64,000 nucleotides of DNA from positions 2,432,001-2,496,000 of the forward strand of contig CBDCTK010000002.1 in assembly GCA_965222225.1 (NCBI GenBank). Direction: 5' to 3'. The notes below the pieces were generated by a model. It was not told the DNA's origin and did not search any database. It saw only the letters and a program-made list of their open reading frames with translations. The translations under genes and the position numbers were made by a program. Shown piece after piece: positions 59,061-64,000 of the stretch. Position 1 is the first letter of the stretch. Each line of letters begins with the position of its first letter. The stretch is from Candidatus Poribacteria bacterium. GTDB lineage: Bacteria; Poribacteria; WGA-4E; JAJDTR01.

Positions 59061-62000
59061 TTAGCGCACCCGGATGATCGCCCTAACCTGGTGTCCGCCA
59101 GTCCATTCGGTGACTTTCACCTTCCAGTTGCCGGGTATGTGGTTGTGGGCCGGGCTCAGTTGGAGTGTTAACTGTCCCTTCTCTACCACATAGGTGCCAC
59201 TACCTTCTAGGGACAAGCCCTCAGGGGTATGTATTTCCACCTCCACCGGATAGAGGCCCACAACGTGCCTTTCGCCTCCCATGAGTTCAACCTCCACTGT
59301 CGCGAGCTCTCCACGTGGCAACGACTCTGGCGCCACAATATTAACCTTGGTTACCCGGCTAGGATACAACGCAATCAGCGTTCCGCCCAGGCGCTCCATG
59401 TCCACCGTAAACTCGGTGCGATTACCCATTGTCTCGGTCTCCAACCACTTTTGGTTCACAAGGTCATAGACCTGGTAGTTACCGTCGGGAACACTCACCG
59501 TTGTCGAAAACCGATTGGTGTAAACGCCGCGCTCGGTTAAAAACTCCTTTACGTCTGCTCGCCGCTTCGCTCGGGGTTCCGTCGGAAACCCATCAGTCAT
59601 CGTTACCCGGCGTTCGCGCAGGAATAGGTACTCATCCTGGGTATGGATGTTCACCAGCCATAGATAGGTCACCCCATCCCCTTCAAACCGCCGGATGACC
59701 AGATCTGAACTTGGCGAATCCGCCCAGGGCTTGACAAACGCCTCCAGTGCATCCTTGACAACCGATATCCGGTCTGGGTGAAAATAGTCCTCAACGCCAG
59801 GGGCGGGTAACCATGGGTAATTCACATTCAGGTGGGTGCGCTTCTTTCCCATGGCCAGATCAACATCCAGCTTCAGGGCACCGATTATGGGGATTCTGGT
59901 GGTTGCATCGACCAGAACAGTTCCACCGGAGTTAATGTAGTTTTCAAGTGCTTTGACCTCGCTCTCACTCATCCACTCCACGTTCCAAAGCAGCAGCGCT
60001 TCCTTGTCCCCGATGGCGCCGGAGATGATTTCTTCGCTGCTCACGGTATCGGCATCAACATGCGCCGACATCAGGTTGGCAAAGGGATAGACGGCTGATA
60101 TGGGATACCGCCACACGTGAGCGTACTGGGTATAAGGCAGGAAAAAGCCAATCTTTGCCGAAGCCGGCCGCAGTTTGGATAACAGCGGCCCAAGGGGTTT
60201 GATTACCTTACGGGCAAGCTTTCCCAACTCATCCCACTCTTCTGGTTCTTTAAATTCATAAGCGAAGTAATTCAACCCCTTCACCCCTCCAGCCAGATGC
60301 AGGAAGAACGTGTTTCTGACATAACTGGGTTCGTTCAAGTATGTGTAGAAAATATCTGGCATCGTCCATAGCGGCATATTCCGGTTGTTCATACGCATGA
60401 TATTGTCCCTATACAGGTTGGCGATGAGCGGCTGCCAGTAAGAAAGATAACAGTAATAGTACAGAAGATTGAACCCGTTTGGCCCGAACTGGTCAGGCGG
60501 ATACTGGCCAACAACCCAGACTGGGTGCGTGGGAGGCTGAGGAACCGGTCCCACCCGTCCCTCGGGGAATACCCTTGTGAAGGCACTGGTCACCGCTTTG
60601 TTGAATTCCCCGCCAATTTCCCGGGTGGTGAAGCGAACCCATTGCAGCCAGGGGTCTTTGTCCGGGACAATTCCCTTCGGCCGATCTATCTGCCCGATAT
60701 TGAACGGATACCACACGTATCCGGTGTCCGCCGCGACCTCTGGGGGAGCCGGGGGGTCTAGCCCGGTGAGTTCTTTGAACCTCTTCTTCGCGTAATCAGA
60801 ATAGTCCCATCGATAGCGATTTGCCTGGTCATCCATAGTGTCCATATACGGCCATATCGCGGGATAAGGCGCAATCTTTTCGAGCCCCTCTATGAAATCA
60901 GCCGCTATCGCTTCCCGCAGCTTCGGATGGATCAGTCCTAAAGCTGCTTTGCCCGGCTCACCGAAAAGCAACTGGCCGCCGGGCCTATGGATATAAACCT
61001 CCGGAGCTTTTTCAACTGTAAGAGCGTCTCGCCTGGGTTTGCTAACCATGTCCCGAAGCGCACAACGCATTCCCTGTCTTAAAACGGCGTCGAAAAGCGC
61101 GGGGTCTGCGTCAGTCCCTATACATGGGAAGACCGCATGGGCTGCCATATCAGCCAGTGCCATTTCAAATCGGTAGGGATTTCCACTCCTGCGTACCCAG
61201 CGTATACCGAGCCAGAAGCACGGGTCACGGGGTTTTGCACACAGATCGATTTCTAAATCACGAGATTCGACCGTTCGATCCGCGGCAGAGGCAATCACGG
61301 CTAATTGGTAACGCCCGGGTCTCAGGTCTGCGGTCGGGATGCGGGCCATCACCTTCTCGGTATCAGTCCAGGGGTACTCTTCATTCCACAAGACGTTCCC
61401 ATGTTCTTTTAGGGAAAAGCGGATGGACTCAGCGGCGACAGCGCCGGGCCTTCCCCTGAGCGAAGCGAAGAGTTTGCCCGCCTTCGCCTCCACCGGAATA
61501 ACTTCGCCGCGAGCAAATGCGCGACGGTCCCGCGGTGCGTCTAAGAGCACCACAAGGGGCATTTCGGATGGAGGAACATACGCCGGAAGTGGAGGGGGCG
61601 CGGTTACCGGCTCCCCAACATACAACGCCAACTTGTATACCTGCTGCTGCACCGCAGGCTCCGAAAGGTTGGTGCCCCTTAAGGTCTGGATAAAACCGCT
61701 CCAGGGGAACTTAGCGTTATAGTTGACGAACCAATCCATTGCGAGGTAGGCGTCGTTTTCTTTGGACTGAAATTGGGTAAGCGCCAGGGTCACATCCTTG
61801 ATAGGGACGGCGAACGAACTGCTGGAAGGAATGGCAAGTCCCCACGCGTCACCTTCAGGGGTTATCTGAATCCGTCCAGCACCATTGACCCTCGTGTAAT
61901 AGTCGTATGCGAACTCTCCCGGACCGCTGATCTCGCGATGTCTCACCTCGGGACGATTATCGCTCTGGGAATACCAGAACGACACCTCACCCAACCAGAC

Positions 62001-62384
62001 GACCCTGCCCCCCGCATTGACGTACTGACGGATAGTCCATCCGTTCGTCTCATCAAATTCCCTCTCCAACACCGATTCAGGGGCTATACCCATCGGAACG
62101 ACAGCCACTGTCTTGTGGGCACCAGAATCGATCTTTTCCTTCATCCATTCCCCGATCGCCATCGCATTAAGTATTTGAAATCCGTGATTCTCGAGATATT
62201 TCACTAGGACATCCGCGTGGGACGCCGCCCAAGTATCATAACGGGCATCGTAGTAGACAACTTTGTGCTCCCAGGTGACCGGCTGCGCCGTCTCGCCCAT
62301 TGCTCCCACAATCGGATTCAATAATTCCGCCACTGCAAAACTTGCCCCTAATAAGAACATCTGGGTTTGCACCAAGCCTACCAT
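59061..62384 (-). CDS. Large secreted hypothetical protein, possible GH42-like barrel plus trimerisation-like domain
   Basis: DYSDYAKKRFKELTG, WLQWVRF, LAGGVKGLNYFAY, YINSGGTVLVD; C-terminal Ig-like segment. Confidence 0.6.
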   Translation of the reverse strand: MVGLVQTQMFLLGASFAVAELLNPIVGAMGETAQPVTWEHKVVYYDARYDTWAASHADVLVKYLENHGFQILNAMAIGEWMKEKIDSGAHKTVAVVPMGIAPESVLEREFDETNGWTIRQYVNAGGRVVWLGEVSFWYSQSDNRPEVRHREISGPGEFAYDYYTRVNGAGRIQITPEGDAWGLAIPSSSSFAVPIKDVTLALTQFQSKENDAYLAMDWFVNYNAKFPWSGFIQTLRGTNLSEPAVQQQVYKLALYVGEPVTAPPPLPAYVPPSEMPLVVLLDAPRDRRAFARGEVIPVEAKAGKLFASLRGRPGAVAAESIRFSLKEHGNVLWNEEYPWTDTEKVMARIPTADLRPGRYQLAVIASAADRTVESRDLEIDLCAKPRDPCFWLGIRWVRRSGNPYRFEMALADMAAHAVFPCIGTDADPALFDAVLRQGMRCALRDMVSKPRRDALTVEKAPEVYIHRPGGQLLFGEPGKAALGLIHPKLREAIAADFIEGLEKIAPYPAIWPYMDTMDDQANRYRWDYSDYAKKRFKELTGLDPPAPPEVAADTGYVWYPFNIGQIDRPKGIVPDKDPWLQWVRFTTREIGGEFNKAVTSAFTRVFPEGRVGPVPQPPTHPVWVVGQYPPDQFGPNGFNLLYYYCYLSYWQPLIANLYRDNIMRMNNRNMPLWTMPDIFYTYLNEPSYVRNTFFLHLAGGVKGLNYFAYEFKEPEEWDELGKLARKVIKPLGPLLSKLRPASAKIGFFLPYTQYAHVWRYPISAVYPFANLMSAHVDADTVSSEEIISGAIGDKEALLLWNVEWMSESEVKALENYINSGGTVLVDATTRIPIIGALKLDVDLAMGKKRTHLNVNYPWLPAPGVEDYFHPDRISVVKDALEAFVKPWADSPSSDLVIRRFEGDGVTYLWLVNIHTQDEYLFLRERRVTMTDGFPTEPRAKRRADVKEFLTERGVYTNRFSTTVSVPDGNYQVYDLVNQKWLETETMGNRTEFTVDMERLGGTLIALYPSRVTKVNIVAPESLPRGELATVEVELMGGERHVVGLYPVEVEIHTPEGLSLEGSGTYVVEKGQLTLQLSPAHNHIPGNWKVKVTEWTGGHQVRAIIRVR

Positions 62385-62591
62385 CAGATTTTCCTTCTAT
62401 CTTTAAGATTGTTTGCACTGAAAAATTTGACCATAACGAATCGCAGGGGCAGTGCGCGAACCACTCCTACCGGGAGCAATTCTATGCGGCTACCGCATCA
62501 AGCTCATCTCATCTGAAACGACAAATGGCTAACGACATGCGGACTGAACCAATTGATGAAATCGCCATAGGCCCGGGGCTTAGATCTCATG

Positions 62592-63569
62592 CTAACCCGA
62601 TGTTTCTACGTTTCGAGGCATTCTGTTCGCCTTGGTGAATGCCCAAACGTCTGTGTAAAGGATTTCGCCGTCCCGTCCACCGATAACCCACAGCCTATCA
62701 TCATAGACCAAACACGACGGGGCGTGTCGTGCAGACCACGTCGCTCGCCTATCTGCTTCTTGCCAGTGCCTTCCGTCACGCGAGAACCAGACATCATTCA
62801 GATTCTTCTCATGGGGCATGGTACCCTCAAGGGCGCGCGCCCCTGCAATGACCCACATCTTGTTGTCATACACAACTGAACAGTGAAAACATCGGCCGCT
62901 CCACTGTGCATTCTCCGTGACTTCCTGCCAGTTCTCTCCATCGCTCGAACACCAAACATCATTGTGCTCGATCACGGTATTGTAGAGACCACCGCCGATA
63001 ACCCAAATCTTGTTGTCAAAGACTACGGACGTGTGCATAGCCCGCGGCCCCCAGAGCGCGTTATTCGTGACCTGCTCCCAATTTTTCCCGTCACTCGAAC
63101 ACCACACCTCACTATTATGGGTGAAGTCACTGGCATGGAGCCCACCCATTATCCACATCTTGTCGTCGAATACAACAGCGGTAGCTGCGCCCCGCATACT
63201 CCACGCCGCGTTATTTGTGGCCTGCTCCCAGTTCACACCATCACTCGAATGCCATACATCATTATAAGTATCCAGTTCAAAATTCTTAAACCCCCCTATA
63301 ATCCACATTCTATCATCATACACCACGCAGCAAGCACAGTTTCGTTTGCCCCATGCCGCTGACCCTGTGGCCATGCGCCAGCCTACACCATCACTTGAAT
63401 ACCAAACGTCATTAACGCGTTCCGGAGTCCACCCACCTAGCAACCACATTTTTCCACCGTATACCAGGTGCCCCATAGAGTCACGGCCGCTCCAAGGCGC
63501 CGCATTCGTTATCCGTCCCCAGACAATTTCATCAGCGCGCTCCGCCGAATTCGAAGAATTATTTCTCAT
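62592..63569 (-). CDS. Kelch-repeat protein
   Basis: About six repeats of KMWxxGG...NDVWxSxDGxxW. Confidence 0.85.
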   Translation of the reverse strand: MRNNSSNSAERADEIVWGRITNAAPWSGRDSMGHLVYGGKMWLLGGWTPERVNDVWYSSDGVGWRMATGSAAWGKRNCACCVVYDDRMWIIGGFKNFELDTYNDVWHSSDGVNWEQATNNAAWSMRGAATAVVFDDKMWIMGGLHASDFTHNSEVWCSSDGKNWEQVTNNALWGPRAMHTSVVFDNKIWVIGGGLYNTVIEHNDVWCSSDGENWQEVTENAQWSGRCFHCSVVYDNKMWVIAGARALEGTMPHEKNLNDVWFSRDGRHWQEADRRATWSARHAPSCLVYDDRLWVIGGRDGEILYTDVWAFTKANRMPRNVETSG

Positions 63570-63626
63570 GGACGTTCCTTTTAGTAACCTTGATAACGAA
63601 ATGTGGACTGACTTAATTGACGAAAT

Positions 63627-64000
63627 CTACGCGTCAATATATCTGAATACCGCCAACTCTGCAAGGTACCACAACGCTTCCGCATCCGGATTCGACGCGA
63701 TGCAAAGCTGATTGGGCACAAAGCCATCCCACCCTTGCGTAGGCGGCAGCACGATGCGGAACAACAGCTGATTGTCCACCTCCAGCGTCAAGCATCGTTC
63801 TTCGGGGACGAACAGGAAGCGATAGTGGTGCCAGCCCCCATCAATCTTGGTTTCAGCTATGCCGCCTCCGTTCCGGGTTTCCTCGACTCCGGACCACCAC
63901 TGTCCCCATGTCTTGTGTCCGGGCAGGATTGTCAGACGCGCCGGATTGATAATCAACCCCATCCCTGCGCTGGGGTCGGAGGCATGGGTGAGGGAAATGG
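63627..64000 (-). CDS. Hypothetical protein, C-terminal LamG/concanavalin-like fragment (partial)
   Basis: DGGWHHYRF...LTLEVDNQL; the gene probably starts beyond the window. Confidence 0.5.
   Translation of the reverse strand, partial: ISLTHASDPSAGMGLIINPARLTILPGHKTWGQWWSGVEETRNGGGIAETKIDGGWHHYRFLFVPEERCLTLEVDNQLLFRIVLPPTQGWDGFVPNQLCIASNPDAEALWYLAELAVFRYIDA

Overview
This is a bacterial genomic window. Gene content suggests Candidatus Poribacteria or a similar lineage (inference): a secreted FG-GAP protein ending in a QNFPNPFNPETW domain, a PhyH dioxygenase, a sulfatase, GH88, DUF5916 and DUF6785-like proteins. It contains (i) a restriction-like defence locus (SNF2/DUF3883 helicase, small ORF, DUF1156 methylase, DUF499 ATPase, truncated SBD protein); (ii) a xanthine/CO-dehydrogenase-family molybdoenzyme operon; (iii) cysC, an S9 peptidase, tRNA-Gln and tRNA-Glu; (iv) uronate/glycan catabolic genes; and (v) a right-arm block of large uncharacterised secreted proteins. 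About nine genes in the first 37 kb carry in-frame stops, frameshifts or truncations. Intergenic DNA is crowded with GTAG-type REP hairpins and several MITE families. The most striking unexplained signal is a 36-37 nt micro-element, GATCAA-NN-GA-NN-GRAYA-NN-GA-NN-GC-S-ATAG-N(1-2)-RATCY, seen about 12 times. Its variable dinucleotides covary as base pairs, giving a hairpin with tandem G.A pairs. It sits inside REP/MITE hairpins, inside copies of itself, and at the 3' end of a gene where it supplies the stop codon. All calls come from motif recognition by eye; no database search was run.
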